Positions 10,501 through 19,454 of a stretch of 64,000 bases of DNA are shown piece after piece. The notes under the pieces were generated by a model that was not told the DNA's origin, made no database searches, and saw only the letters and a program-made list of their open reading frames with translations. Numbering within the stretch: the stretch's first letter is position 1; each line of letters opens with the position of its first letter. The stretch is from Candidatus Hadarchaeota archaeon (GTDB lineage Archaea > Hadarchaeota > Hadarchaeia > Hadarchaeales > JAGGTB01). Location of the stretch: contig CAYLJV010000001.1 of NCBI GenBank assembly GCA_964384105.1, positions 608,001 to 672,000 on the forward strand, written 5' to 3'. The translations under genes and the position numbers were made by a program.

Positions 10501-10715
10501 TTAAATCGTAAAACAGTATCTTTGATGAGTTTATTCCATGCTGTACCCAAGTGAATACTACCACTAGCATAAGGAGGACCATCCAAGAAATACCAATCTG
10601 GATCATTTTGGTGGTCTTCTTTCACTTTTTCATAAATTTGTTCGGATTCCCACCAATTTTTGATTTCATCTTCTCTTTGCTTTGCAGTATATTCTTTTGG
10701 AGCTTCTACAACCAT
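7530..10715 (-). CDS. ileS: Isoleucine--tRNA ligase
   Basis: DGPPYASG, HLGT (HIGH motif), GWDCHGLP, WTTTPWT, GTGCVHTAPGHG, DWCISRQRYWG, KMSKS. Confidence 0.97.
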   Translation of the reverse strand: MVVEAPKEYTAKQREDEIKNWWESEQIYEKVKEDHQNDPDWYFLDGPPYASGSIHLGTAWNKLIKDTVLRFKTMRGFNVRRQPGWDCHGLPIEVKVEEKIGVKSKKDIEEKIGIKQFIDECKKWATEHVDIMTEQFKRLGVWMDWDDPYLTFENDYLESAWWTLKKADEKNLMEKRAQVIQWCPRCETALAQHEVRGEYRQVKDPSIYARFKLTYTTNEYLLVWTTTPWTIPANVAVCVHPDLYYAKVEVGNDTYIIAEALVSKVMKELNIYDYKRVDLVKGKELEGLRYEHPLLEEVPKQNDFKSTHRVITGEHVTIEEGTGCVHTAPGHGEEDFEIGKKYDLPVFSPVGDDGKFTEEAGRYAGMYVKDANEVIMNDLENKEILMKKGLIRHSYPHCWRCDTPLIFRATKQWFLNIGKIKPQIIEQNNEKVHWIPEWAKKRYNDGVESVGDWCISRQRYWGIPLPIWVCNNCDHREIIGSKTELFQKSTGEHQNIDLHRPDIDNVKIECPHCGGKMNRIPDVLDVWFDSSIAPWATLGFPKEKEKLERYWPSDFITEGEDQVTNWFYGQQAASIITFEDLPYREALMHGFTLDEEGRKMSKSLGNVVEPSEIIEKHGADVLRFYMLHTSPVWEDLRFNWDEVEVANRFLKVLWNSLVFTTTYMSLDDFEPNTIEQQKIDDNLEIEDKWILSRLNGTVKEVTEKLEEKHFHKATRAIESFVLEDLSRWYIKLIRRRTWIEKDDPKKTVAYETLYKIFDVLTRILAPFMPYASEEMYQKMLRDSKPSNPQSVHQLSWPGIEEEKIDDQLEIDMEIIQKIVEAGAKGRQKADLKRRWPVKRVMIKVESEEVKKSIKRLEKILLNQLNCKKIEPLTEEEFSEKIDLVCEVDLDSIEEQFGELTSSISETIHHMDMEQIRQQVESQGFVGLTVQGEKIRIGLNNLTLNQLPPELVRAESAYGDVIIDTKVDSELESERLTRDVVRRLQKMRKDMDLEMEERVNVSIGVNHDKSIEYLKNQEDYLKQEVRIKNLEIGHRDEVVKRRYSKEWNINDKKFELSISRLE

Positions 10716-10903
10716 AATTTCACCATTTGATTTTTTGTTGATTCACAAGATAACTAAAAAATACCTATAAAAAAAGGTATCCCTGAGCAATCTTTCTTAG
10801 TAGTTTGTTAAATTAATATTGATTATTTAGGTTATTATTTTCAACTAATTCTCCCAAAGCTTTTCTAAGAAGTTAAGAGTTTCAGATTTGGGGGTAGGGA
10901 TAG

Positions 10904-12049
10904 ATCGTTGAGAATTTTGTAATTATCGGAGCGGGTGTTGCAGGGGTATCTGCGGCCAAGGAGATAAAGAATAACAGTGATGCAGATGTTATTGTTCTAA
11001 GTAACGAGAATGTGCCATTTTATAGTAGACCCCAATTGATTGAGTATATCTCTGGTAAGGTATCTTTGGAAGAGATAATAATCCACGATGAAAGCTGGTT
11101 TAAAGAAGAGGAAATTGGATTAAAGCTAGATGAACCCGCTATGGGGATAAATCCGGGGAAGAAGATGGTATTTACTTCTGAGAGGAGATATTATTATGAT
11201 CGTCTTCTTATAACCACCGGCGCACAACCTTTTTTACCACCTGTAATGGATAATGAAGAGAAAAATATTTTCACTCTAAGGGATATTGAGGATGTCGAGT
11301 CTATCAGACAAAAGGCAGAAAATTCTAACAAAGCAGTAGTAATAGGTGGGGGAGTACTTGGAGTGGAGTCGGCTTTTAGTCTTAGAAAACTTGGTTTAGA
11401 TGTAGTAGTAATAGCAATTTCTGACCATTTAATGCCAAAACAGTTAGATGAACGGGGTAGTGCGATACTGCAGAACTATCTTGAAGAAGAAGGATTAGAG
11501 TTCTTCCTTAATTCAAGAGTTTCGGAATTTAGTGGGAATCAGGAATTAGAGTCTGTTAGATTCGACGATGGGTCCGACCTACCGGCGGATATGGCTTTGC
11601 TTTGTGCGGGGGTCAGGCCAAATACGGAGCTAGTAGAGAATCTGGGGTTACTAGTTGATAATGGAATTGTTGTGGATGAGTACATGAGGACGTCTTTTGA
11701 AGGAGTATACGCTGCAGGTGATGTTGCTGAATATAACGGTCGGATTTACGGTCTCTGGGAGGAGGCGAGAGTTCAAGGAGAAACAGCGGGGGCCAATATG
11801 AGTGGACAAGTGAAAAAATTTTCTGATTTTATTCCAATCTGTAGACTCAAAATTCCAGGAATTAAGGTGATTTCCGGCGGTGAGGTACGGGGCCACGATA
11901 AACAAGATTCGGAAGTTGAAGAAAGAGCTAATTCTTATAAGAAAATCATCAGGAACGCCGAAGATAAAATTTCAGGATTTATAATCATCGGAGAAGAGTT
12001 CCTCAAGGATATGAATAGTATATTGAGAGAAATGAGGGATAGTAATTGA
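10904..12049 (+). CDS. FAD/NAD(P)-dependent oxidoreductase (NADH:rubredoxin reductase / NirB-N-like); start ambiguous
   Basis: The open frame extends upstream of the track start (11012) to include the first Rossmann motif VIIGAGVAGVSAA. Also TTGA.P, VIGGGVLGVE, GVRPN, YAAGDVAE. Confidence 0.85.
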   Translation: MVENFVIIGAGVAGVSAAKEIKNNSDADVIVLSNENVPFYSRPQLIEYISGKVSLEEIIIHDESWFKEEEIGLKLDEPAMGINPGKKMVFTSERRYYYDRLLITTGAQPFLPPVMDNEEKNIFTLRDIEDVESIRQKAENSNKAVVIGGGVLGVESAFSLRKLGLDVVVIAISDHLMPKQLDERGSAILQNYLEEEGLEFFLNSRVSEFSGNQELESVRFDDGSDLPADMALLCAGVRPNTELVENLGLLVDNGIVVDEYMRTSFEGVYAAGDVAEYNGRIYGLWEEARVQGETAGANMSGQVKKFSDFIPICRLKIPGIKVISGGEVRGHDKQDSEVEERANSYKKIIRNAEDKISGFIIIGEEFLKDMNSILREMRDSN

Positions 12050-12132
12050 AAATTTGCGGAAATTCTGGTGAGAACAGAAGAGGGTGTAGTTTACAGTATC
12101 TGAATTTATCCATTAGGTCTACTAATAACCTT

Positions 12133-12318
12133 TCATTTGTTTGCTTTTAAACCGAGATCAAAGACGGAAGAACAGTTTGGACAAATAAATTTCCACTTAA
12201 GCTCGTCAGTATCTTTTATCTTTTCAAACATAGAGTGAAAACCGTCTTTATATCCACATTCCGGGCAATTTTTGAAAGAGTTTTCGATTTCAATTTTTTT
12301 AGTATCTTTTTCACTCAT
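12133..12318 (-). CDS. Small CPxCG zinc-finger protein
   Basis: 61 aa with CPECGY.DGFH and ICPNC pairs. Confidence 0.75.
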   Translation of the reverse strand: MSEKDTKKIEIENSFKNCPECGYKDGFHSMFEKIKDTDELKWKFICPNCSSVFDLGLKANK

Positions 12319-12375
12319 CGATTCTGCTTGTTTAGTTGAGCTTTTAAGAATTTTTCCAATTTTTGTGGTTAGAGC

Positions 12376-12522
12376 TTAGTTTTGATTCAAAATGCTAGCA
12401 ATCCGAAATTTTGTAGGTATTTCCCCTTTGCTAAAATAGATAACAAGCAGAATAAACACTAAGATAAGAGCCACTATTACAACATAGGAAAAATATTTCC
12501 TTAAATTTTCCTTCTCTTTCAA
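12376..12522 (-). CDS. Putative small single-pass membrane protein (48 aa)
   Basis: Read by hand from a TTG start: MKEKENLRKYFSYVVIVALILVFILLVIYFSKGEIPTKFRIASILNQN*. Fills the gap between co-oriented genes. Confidence 0.45.
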   Translation of the reverse strand: MKEKENLRKYFSYVVIVALILVFILLVIYFSKGEIPTKFRIASILNQN

Positions 12523-12588
12523 TCCAGCATCACTTAGATTGTACTATTTCTTCGCCATTTTATTATTTTTAGAAATTTTCGAAGAAAT

Positions 12589-13269
12589 TTATCCCTCGTC
12601 TTCAGGTGGGCCGGTTACTATAATACCCTCGTCTGTTATTTCCAATGGACACATCCGGTCTGTATGCCGAGAACCTCGCATTTTAATGACTTCGATTGCT
12701 CGAGTTTTCTCTATATCGCCATCGTAGTGAAGTATTATTATCCCGTCTACTACCTCTTCTATCCCTATTCCCGGTTTTGAGGTCATTACAGATGTTACTT
12801 TGTTTTCACAGAGTTCGCTCCGTAACTTAGAGATTGCTGCTTTGAAGTCTCGTTTATTGTCGAATAGTTCCGAGAACTCATCTATTCCATCGATCGCTAG
12901 TCTTTCTGCTCCCGTTTCTTTAATTTTCTCTATTAGTTCATCGACGATTTCGTTTGTTTTGTTTATTCCAGTACTAAATCCTTCTAGTCGACCTGGTGAC
13001 CCACCTAGTATAGTCAGGGTTCCTTCGTTCTCGAGTCGCTTCGTCTGCCAATTGAATTGCTTGGCATATCTATGGATACTTTTTCGGTCATCCACAAAAC
13101 TCACTAATATTCCGGGTTCGCCTTGATTGGCTATGCCGCTTACTAGGTATTGGAGGGAAAATATTGTTTTTCCCGTTCCATAGTTTCCTATTAAGAGTAT
13201 TGAATTACCCTGTGGAATTCCTCCATCTACAAGTTTTCCTAGATTTTCTATACCTACATCTATCCTCAT
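12589..13269 (-). CDS. KaiC-like / RAD55-family single-domain ATPase
   Basis: GI..L..LVDGGIP, Walker A GNYGTGKT, RLAIDG, VDGII.L, IEVIKMRGS.H. Confidence 0.9.
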   Translation of the reverse strand: MRIDVGIENLGKLVDGGIPQGNSILLIGNYGTGKTIFSLQYLVSGIANQGEPGILVSFVDDRKSIHRYAKQFNWQTKRLENEGTLTILGGSPGRLEGFSTGINKTNEIVDELIEKIKETGAERLAIDGIDEFSELFDNKRDFKAAISKLRSELCENKVTSVMTSKPGIGIEEVVDGIIILHYDGDIEKTRAIEVIKMRGSRHTDRMCPLEITDEGIIVTGPPEDEG

Positions 13270-13435
13270 CCGAGAACACCACCGGTTTTTAAGAAAAAAG
13301 CTTTGGCTTTGGGGTCTTTTTTACGATTTTTTGATTTCTCATACATTTTAATCATTTTTTTATTTATCCAATATTTTATTCTGTCAAGGATTGTTTATTC
13401 AAATTTTTCGTGGTTTCCTGTATTGTTTTCGGAGT

Positions 13436-13597
13436 TTATTGTGCCGCAATTTCTAAAGTATCTGCGAGTTGGTGTTGTGCCTTGATTAGTATTGATTCTA
13501 CTTTCCAATCGCCGTATTTCTGGCAAGTTTTTATCTTGCCCTCTAAATCCTCAATCTGGTTTTCAATTTCAACTTCAAATTCTCTCTTTGTTTCCAT
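13436..13597 (-). CDS. Putative small acidic helical protein (53 aa)
   Basis: Read by hand: METKREFEVEIENQIEDLEGKIKTCQKYGDWKVESILIKAQHQLADTLEIAAQ*. AAGGT lies just upstream of the ATG; composition resembles host proteins. Confidence 0.5.
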   Translation of the reverse strand: METKREFEVEIENQIEDLEGKIKTCQKYGDWKVESILIKAQHQLADTLEIAAQ

Positions 13598-13784
13598 ATT
13601 GTTACCTTGCTTTGAGTTCTTTCTAGCCCACTATCAGTTAAGTGAACAATAAAAAGGTTAGCTGACGCGTTTTGTGATTGATTCACGAAAAAAGTGAACG
13701 TACGCCGTTTTTTCGAAAATAGAGAACCAATCTGAAATACGAATATAATCTTTAGGAACTAGAACAGTACAATTTATTAGTACC

Positions 13785-13800
13785 ATTAGTAAGTACTAAT
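13785..13800. promoter_or_regulatory. Perfect inverted repeat ATTAGTA-AG-TACTAAT, candidate operator upstream of the UbiA gene
   Basis: Seen directly; an extra ATTAGTA half-site sits at 13776-13782. Confidence 0.55.
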
Positions 13801-13866
13801 TTGGGGTTGGCTGGAACCGAGGTGTATCTTCTAAAAGGGGGAGTGATAGGAGCGAGGTTGAAATAG

Positions 13867-14763
13867 ATGGATTATAAACGTCTTTTAAGAATTTTCCTAG
13901 TGCCCGGCCTGCTTTTAAAGTCGCGTGTTCGGGTGATTGTGGGGTTTACCTCTTATGCTTTGTTGGGATTAGTCATAACGATATTAGTCGGAAATAACCT
14001 ATCTTTATCTAGTATCTGGATAAATGTTCTGTTTTTAGGAATTGCGTGGGTCTTTCTTTCTGCTGGAGTTTATGTATTAAATGATATCTGTGATATTAGC
14101 CTAGATAAGATAAGTGAATCTGAGCGGCCGCTTGTTACTAACGATATAACCAAAAATGAAGCTATTGTTGCAGTTATCGCGTTTCTCTCCTTGTCTTTTA
14201 TCTTCTCTGCTCAATTAGGTCTCTTAACACTGCTTATATTCCTGACTTGTATGGGATTGGGTATAGTTTACTCCATTCCTCCAATTCACCTTAAAAGGAG
14301 GATATTTGGTAAACAACTTACTCTCGGTATAAGTGCAGCTCTTTCGATACTTGCTGGTGGAAGCGCTTTTGGGTATTTCCCCTCGGTTCTTATCTATGCT
14401 ATTCTAGTTATATTTCCGTTCATGTCGATATCCACGGTAATTGCGGATCTGAAAGATATAAAGGCCGATACTTCGGCAGATTATAGAACTCTTGCAATTG
14501 CTTTAGGAGCTAAGAAATCAATAGATTTGGCCATATATGGACTAGTAGCTATGATTGGGTTAGCAGTTCCTGGTGTTATCTACTTTAACTTAAATCCAGC
14601 CTTTCTTTTGATAATCCTCCCTCTTTTAGGGTTAAATCTCAAGAGATACTTAGAATTTCGGAATTCTAATGTTGATTGGGGTGAATATAAGAAACTACTA
14701 ATGTTGCATAAAATTTCGGGACCACTCTTCCAATTAGGGATAGTAATTGGTTTGATCTTTTGA
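13867..14763 (+). CDS. UbiA-superfamily membrane prenyltransferase
   Basis: NDICDISLDKISESERPL (NDxxDxxxD..RP), YS.PPI.LK, second Asp motif DLKDIKAD; multiple TM helices. Confidence 0.9.
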   Translation: MDYKRLLRIFLVPGLLLKSRVRVIVGFTSYALLGLVITILVGNNLSLSSIWINVLFLGIAWVFLSAGVYVLNDICDISLDKISESERPLVTNDITKNEAIVAVIAFLSLSFIFSAQLGLLTLLIFLTCMGLGIVYSIPPIHLKRRIFGKQLTLGISAALSILAGGSAFGYFPSVLIYAILVIFPFMSISTVIADLKDIKADTSADYRTLAIALGAKKSIDLAIYGLVAMIGLAVPGVIYFNLNPAFLLIILPLLGLNLKRYLEFRNSNVDWGEYKKLLMLHKISGPLFQLGIVIGLIF

Positions 14764-14769
14764 ATTATC

Positions 14770-15591
14770 CTACTCGTTTGGGCAAATATCTAGAATATGG
14801 GGATCTATCTGGTTGTATGGTATTTGGGGTTTTTCTGCCATATCATACAGTTCGTGGAATAGCTCTCTGAGTTTTTCGCTCAATTTCTCATTCTCTAGAA
14901 CAATTGCAAAGAAGAATTCGTTTGGATGGAGAGGATCCAGTACTTCTAGGAATGATACTTTCTTGTCTTGTACTCCAAAGGAAAATGGCAGATTTGGAAC
15001 TACTCTACCTTTATTTCTTGTAAATTCTACTAGCTTCTTCAGTCTATTTAGGGGAAATATGGCTCTCGATAGTTCAAAAGTGTCTGAAAGCGTCAGCTTC
15101 CTAGTAATACCTTTTATTTCTATTTCATCTGAGCGTTCTACAATAGTATTTAAAACGGGGTGATCAATATATCGTGAAGCGATCAGGAGTTCATCTTCTG
15201 CACTTTCTATCAGGGTTTTTACTTTTTTAATTGATTTTCTGTGATCTGTAACAATGTCTGATTTTATTTTCTTTCCTTCAAAGTTCATAAAGGAGGAATC
15301 TTCTTTGGATTCATTCATAGAGTTCATGATTTTACTAGCTAGATGATATAGTTTGTCTCCTTTTTCGGTTCTAACATATCCTTCACCCTCTTTTCTTATT
15401 ACACCAAGGTTCTTCAGTTCTCTTAGTCTAGAATAATACTGTCTTTTTGTTAATCCAAGTTCCGCATGCGTTCCTCTTTTTGAGGTTAGTTTGGAGCTCG
15501 CTTCTTTGAGTATGGTAAGGGAACCTTCTCTTGAAAGTGCGGAGAGTATCTTCCTATCAGAATTAGTGAATTTTTTTTCCCCTTCAAGCAT
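14770..15591 (-). CDS. Transcriptional regulator: N-terminal wHTH + C-terminal TrmB/PLD-like effector domain
   Basis: LGLTKRQYYSRLRELKNLGVIRKEGEGYVRTEKG wHTH; LIESAEDELLIAS and FSFGVQDKK...FHELYD PLD-like fold without the catalytic HKD. Confidence 0.75.
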   Translation of the reverse strand: MLEGEKKFTNSDRKILSALSREGSLTILKEASSKLTSKRGTHAELGLTKRQYYSRLRELKNLGVIRKEGEGYVRTEKGDKLYHLASKIMNSMNESKEDSSFMNFEGKKIKSDIVTDHRKSIKKVKTLIESAEDELLIASRYIDHPVLNTIVERSDEIEIKGITRKLTLSDTFELSRAIFPLNRLKKLVEFTRNKGRVVPNLPFSFGVQDKKVSFLEVLDPLHPNEFFFAIVLENEKLSEKLRELFHELYDMAEKPQIPYNQIDPHILDICPNE

Positions 15592-15656
15592 CTATTAGCA
15601 CCTAGGAGGGCCCTTGAGAAATTATAATGTTTCAGCCTTTTTAAATAAGCAGAAAT

Positions 15657-15672
15657 TATTGTACGTACTAAT
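15657..15672. promoter_or_regulatory. Imperfect copy of the same inverted repeat (TATTGTA-CG-TACTAAT) upstream of the wHTH-TrmB gene
   Basis: Seen directly; lies just upstream of a minus-strand TATA-like TTTAAAAA (about 15637-15646). Confidence 0.45.
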
Positions 15673-15716
15673 AGTATGATCAGCTCAATATAATTTTAGA
15701 GATGTGACCTGATGAT

Positions 15717-15980
15717 TTATCGAGGTATTAGGTCTCTTATAGAATTATATTTTTTCAAAAAGTTCTTACCCTTTTCAGTGATGGTCCATGCGAGGGGTGA
15801 ATGACTTCTTACTTCCACCAGGCCATTTTCACGTAGGGTAGTGAGATACTTTTTGCATCTCTTGAAATTCAAATTCGCTTTATAAACAATGTGCGTTTTC
15901 CTGGATTTTTCTCCGACTGCTTTTAGTATGTCGGCGTAGACATCCATCCTGGTTCGTCTATCCCTCCCCATTTTGGGCAC
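15717..15980 (-). CDS. Small archaeal winged-helix regulator (HTH_45-like)
   Basis: RRTRMDVYADIL, KTHIVYKANLNF, YL..L..NGLV, ITEKG..FL. Confidence 0.88.
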   Translation of the reverse strand: MPKMGRDRRTRMDVYADILKAVGEKSRKTHIVYKANLNFKRCKKYLTTLRENGLVEVRSHSPLAWTITEKGKNFLKKYNSIRDLIPR

Positions 15981-16088
15981 CTTGATAGTTTATGGTATTA
16001 CTGTTTTTAAAGCCTTTCTATGTTACTAATTAGAAATCCGGACTTGAAGTAACCTTTTGTTCTTTAAGTTGCATTTAAGAGTAGGTAA

Positions 16089-17933
16089 TTAAGCCGGTCT
16101 TTTCAAATGCGATCCAAGATTTCCAATCCCAAGTTCTTCCAATTTTTCTTCAGTTGGCCCGAAATTATCCCAACCTCTAATTTTGTAATATTCTTCTATC
16201 TTTTCCTTCAACTTTTTATTTGGAATACTTTCTCCCGAACTAGCTCCTTCCTGCAATGGCTCCTCGAACCTATTGGGAAGTTTATCCTCCTTCCGGGAGA
16301 TTTTACTACGCATTGCCAGTATTTTCAATAGGTTGAAGTTTCGTTCTCCTATGATTAGCATTTTTTCGGAGTTTATTTCCATTCCTGTGGCTGCTTCTAT
16401 CGCTTTACGAATCTCGGGATATGTATAGGCAGCGTTTCTATGGGCTATCCAACTGGTGAATGCACATTGAATTGAGGAATTAGTAAAAGAGACTAGATCT
16501 TCATAAATTTTACAATAAAATGGCTTTTTTTCTATATCAAGTCGATTAATCGAACCTTTGATAGGTAGTTCTGAGGGGTGGTTATTGATCGTATCATGCA
16601 GTATCTCCATGTGATTTGCTCCGCGTGGACTGACTGAATAGCTTATAGCTAGAGCTTTTTTCCCTCTTGGTTCATGCATAGGTATTTCCTGACCTTTTAC
16701 CTGCATTGCAAAGTCGGCTTCAAGTTCTTCTGCAAGTTCGTCAATACCCTTAGCTAGGCGTTTGCCAATTCCTTCCTTTTTAGCTATCTTTTCTATAATT
16801 TCCAATATTTTTCCAGAATTTCCCCAGTCGATACCATCGTCGATTAGTCCCTTTTCGGTTGCCTCCATCGTGAAGGCTATTGTGTTCCCCGTGCTTATCG
16901 TGTCCAGCCCATACATATTGCATTTTTGATTCGCTAGGGCTATAGATTTTAAGTTGTTGTTTAAGCAAAGAGAGCCAAAAGCTGCCAAAGTTTCATATTC
17001 TGGCCCACCATATTCCTCCTTTACCTTTTCACCCTCAAATTCAGTCTTTACTATGTGTTTACATCTCACTGGACACCCTGTACAACTATCCCGGTTTACC
17101 TGAATCTTTTCGAACATAGCTTCCCCGCTGATATCTTCTGCATTGTCAAAAAATCCTTTTTGAAAATTTTTAGTGGGGAGAATCCCTAGTTCGTTTAGGC
17201 CCAGTAATGTTCCAGTAGTTCCGTATTTGCCCCAACTTTTTACAGGTGATTTGATTAATTTGCTCACCAGGTTTGATCGAGCTTTTTTCAAGGCCTTTTC
17301 ATCGAATAAAGGCTTTTCAGAGCTACCTTTAACTATTATCGCTTTCAGTTTCTTACTTCCCATCACTGCTCCAAATCCGGGTCGTCCTGCTGCTCTATTT
17401 CGGTCATTTATTATACAAGAAAACTTTACCAAGTTTTCGCCTGCTATACCAATGGCAGAAACTTTGCCCCCCTCGTATTCTTCTTTGAGCCTATTATCCA
17501 CAACTCCTACCGGTTCGCTCCAGAGGTCATTAGCGTTCTGTATATTAGCCTCTCCGTCTATTAGAGCCAGATATTTAGGACTTTTCGCTTGTCCTCTGAC
17601 AATTATTCCATCGTATCCTGATGTCCCTAGTTCCTGAGCAAAAAATCCGCCCGCGTAGGAGTCACTTATGCTTTTTGTCTTCGGCGAAATGCTCATTACT
17701 ACATGTCGCCCTGCTCCTGCGGTACGGGTTCCTTGGAGTGGCCCAGTTCCGAATATAAGTATATTCTCGGGGCCTAGTGGGTCTTCTCGGCCTTTGGTTT
17801 CCTCTAGTAGAATTCTTGCTCCAATGCCTCTTCCACCGAGATATTTTTCTATCCAGTTGTTGGGTATTTTATAATCGGTGATTGTTTCTTTAGATAGATC
17901 CACATCAAGAAATTTTCCAAAAAAACCATCCAT
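16089..17933 (-). CDS. aor: Aldehyde:ferredoxin oxidoreductase family (W/Mo-pterin)
   Basis: YLGGRG, SPKT, IG.AGENLV, AGR.G.GAVMGSKKLKA, CTGCPVRC, GPEYET, GLDTIS, RGANH. Confidence 0.93.
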   Translation of the reverse strand: MDGFFGKFLDVDLSKETITDYKIPNNWIEKYLGGRGIGARILLEETKGREDPLGPENILIFGTGPLQGTRTAGAGRHVVMSISPKTKSISDSYAGGFFAQELGTSGYDGIIVRGQAKSPKYLALIDGEANIQNANDLWSEPVGVVDNRLKEEYEGGKVSAIGIAGENLVKFSCIINDRNRAAGRPGFGAVMGSKKLKAIIVKGSSEKPLFDEKALKKARSNLVSKLIKSPVKSWGKYGTTGTLLGLNELGILPTKNFQKGFFDNAEDISGEAMFEKIQVNRDSCTGCPVRCKHIVKTEFEGEKVKEEYGGPEYETLAAFGSLCLNNNLKSIALANQKCNMYGLDTISTGNTIAFTMEATEKGLIDDGIDWGNSGKILEIIEKIAKKEGIGKRLAKGIDELAEELEADFAMQVKGQEIPMHEPRGKKALAISYSVSPRGANHMEILHDTINNHPSELPIKGSINRLDIEKKPFYCKIYEDLVSFTNSSIQCAFTSWIAHRNAAYTYPEIRKAIEAATGMEINSEKMLIIGERNFNLLKILAMRSKISRKEDKLPNRFEEPLQEGASSGESIPNKKLKEKIEEYYKIRGWDNFGPTEEKLEELGIGNLGSHLKRPA

Positions 17934-18064
17934 TATTTCACAATTAAGAGTGATGATGCATTAATCAAAAATTTTTACATTCTATTTTTTAGTTTCCTTA
18001 GCTCAAAGACCGAGATTTGATAAATATCTAAGAATAATTAATTCTAGTCTGTTTTGGTGAAAGT

Positions 18065-19294
18065 ATGTTGGAAAATGAGGCGATATGGGAGTTTAATACC
18101 GCAGGCAAGATAAAGTTCGGCGAAGGTTCGTCTAGGGAATTGGAATCTGATATAAGAGAGCTTGGTAAAAGTTCTGCTTTGATCTTTACAGATGAAGGCA
18201 TAGAAAAGACAGGTATTCTCGATTCAATAGTTGAAAATTTTAAAGAAACTGACTTTGAAGTTTTTTCAAAAGTTAAACCCGGTCCGTCGCTAGAAGTATT
18301 TGAGCAAGCACTAGATTTCGCTCATAAGGTAAATCCTGGTGTAATTGTTGGTCTGAGTGGTGGAAGTTCTATTGATGTTGCTAAATCGACTGGCGTCCTT
18401 TTTGAAAAAAATGGGGGGATATTAGATTACGCTTCTCCACCGTTTGGAAAAGGGGAGCCCTTAGGCCCATCAAACCTACCGGTTATAGCTATTCCTACCT
18501 CTGCAGGAACTGGTTCAGAAACTTCTCCAGTTTCTGTGATATCCTTACCAGATGAAAAATCAAGGACTGCAATTTCCAGTAAATATCAATATCCCGACCT
18601 TGCTATCGTTGACCCCTTATTAACGATATCTTTACCACCGAGACAAACGGCTTCTACGGGCATTGATGCGCTCTCACACGCTATAGAAGCATATGTTACT
18701 CGTAGATACGATTGGAAAAAGCGGCCAGAAAAACCAGTGGATAGGCCGGTTTACGGGGGTAGAACTGCTTTAACAGACCAGTTTGCAAGGATGGGGATAG
18801 ACCTTATCTCCAATAACCTCAGACGAGCTTACAACAATGGACATGACATTGAAGCTCGTAGAAACATGTCCTTAGGTAGTCTTGTGGCGGGAATTGCTTT
18901 CACAAACGCTGGTTTGGGAGTGGCACACGCTATAGCTCTGGTATTAGGCTCGGAATATCACATTCCACATGGGATGGCTGTTGCAGGTGTTTTGCCTGAA
19001 GTGATGAGATTCAACGCACATGCTGATTATCGAAGGTATATGGAACTGGCGAGTATTATGGGAGTGGATGTTTCTGCCTTTGATATGAATGTGGCTGCCC
19101 TTAAAGCTGCAGATTCAGTTCAGAATCTTATTTTGGATCTCGAAACACTTTCTGGTTTAAAGGAGATTGGTGTGGATGAAAAGGTCATACCCAAATTGGT
19201 CGAAAAGACTATTCGCTTACAAAGGCTTATTGAAGGAAATCCCCGGAGAGTAGACCAGCAGGATATAAGAAAAATTTTAATAGACTCTCTGTAA
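18065..19294 (+). CDS. Iron-containing alcohol dehydrogenase (hydroxyacid-oxoacid transhydrogenase-like)
   Basis: GGSSIDVAK, IPTSAGTGSE, DALSHAIEAY, RPVYGG insertion typical of HOT-like members, AHA, PHG. Confidence 0.88.
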   Translation: MLENEAIWEFNTAGKIKFGEGSSRELESDIRELGKSSALIFTDEGIEKTGILDSIVENFKETDFEVFSKVKPGPSLEVFEQALDFAHKVNPGVIVGLSGGSSIDVAKSTGVLFEKNGGILDYASPPFGKGEPLGPSNLPVIAIPTSAGTGSETSPVSVISLPDEKSRTAISSKYQYPDLAIVDPLLTISLPPRQTASTGIDALSHAIEAYVTRRYDWKKRPEKPVDRPVYGGRTALTDQFARMGIDLISNNLRRAYNNGHDIEARRNMSLGSLVAGIAFTNAGLGVAHAIALVLGSEYHIPHGMAVAGVLPEVMRFNAHADYRRYMELASIMGVDVSAFDMNVAALKAADSVQNLILDLETLSGLKEIGVDEKVIPKLVEKTIRLQRLIEGNPRRVDQQDIRKILIDSL

Positions 19295-19454
19295 GTTCTG
19301 TTTTTTACTCTTTTATTAAAAGTACACGTTTTCTAGAGAAACCTTACTACTAGTACTAAATAATGGTTAGAGCTGCTTAAAAATGGGTTCTTACAAACGA
19401 TAACCACGGAGCCTTGGGTTTCAGAAATATTTTGTTTCAATGGATTGTGGAGGT

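Noticed and set aside
13303-13652. Plus-strand ORFs 13303-13485 and 13410-13652
   Set aside because: Low-complexity Phe/Ser-rich translations. The minus-strand 53-aa ORF explains the region better.
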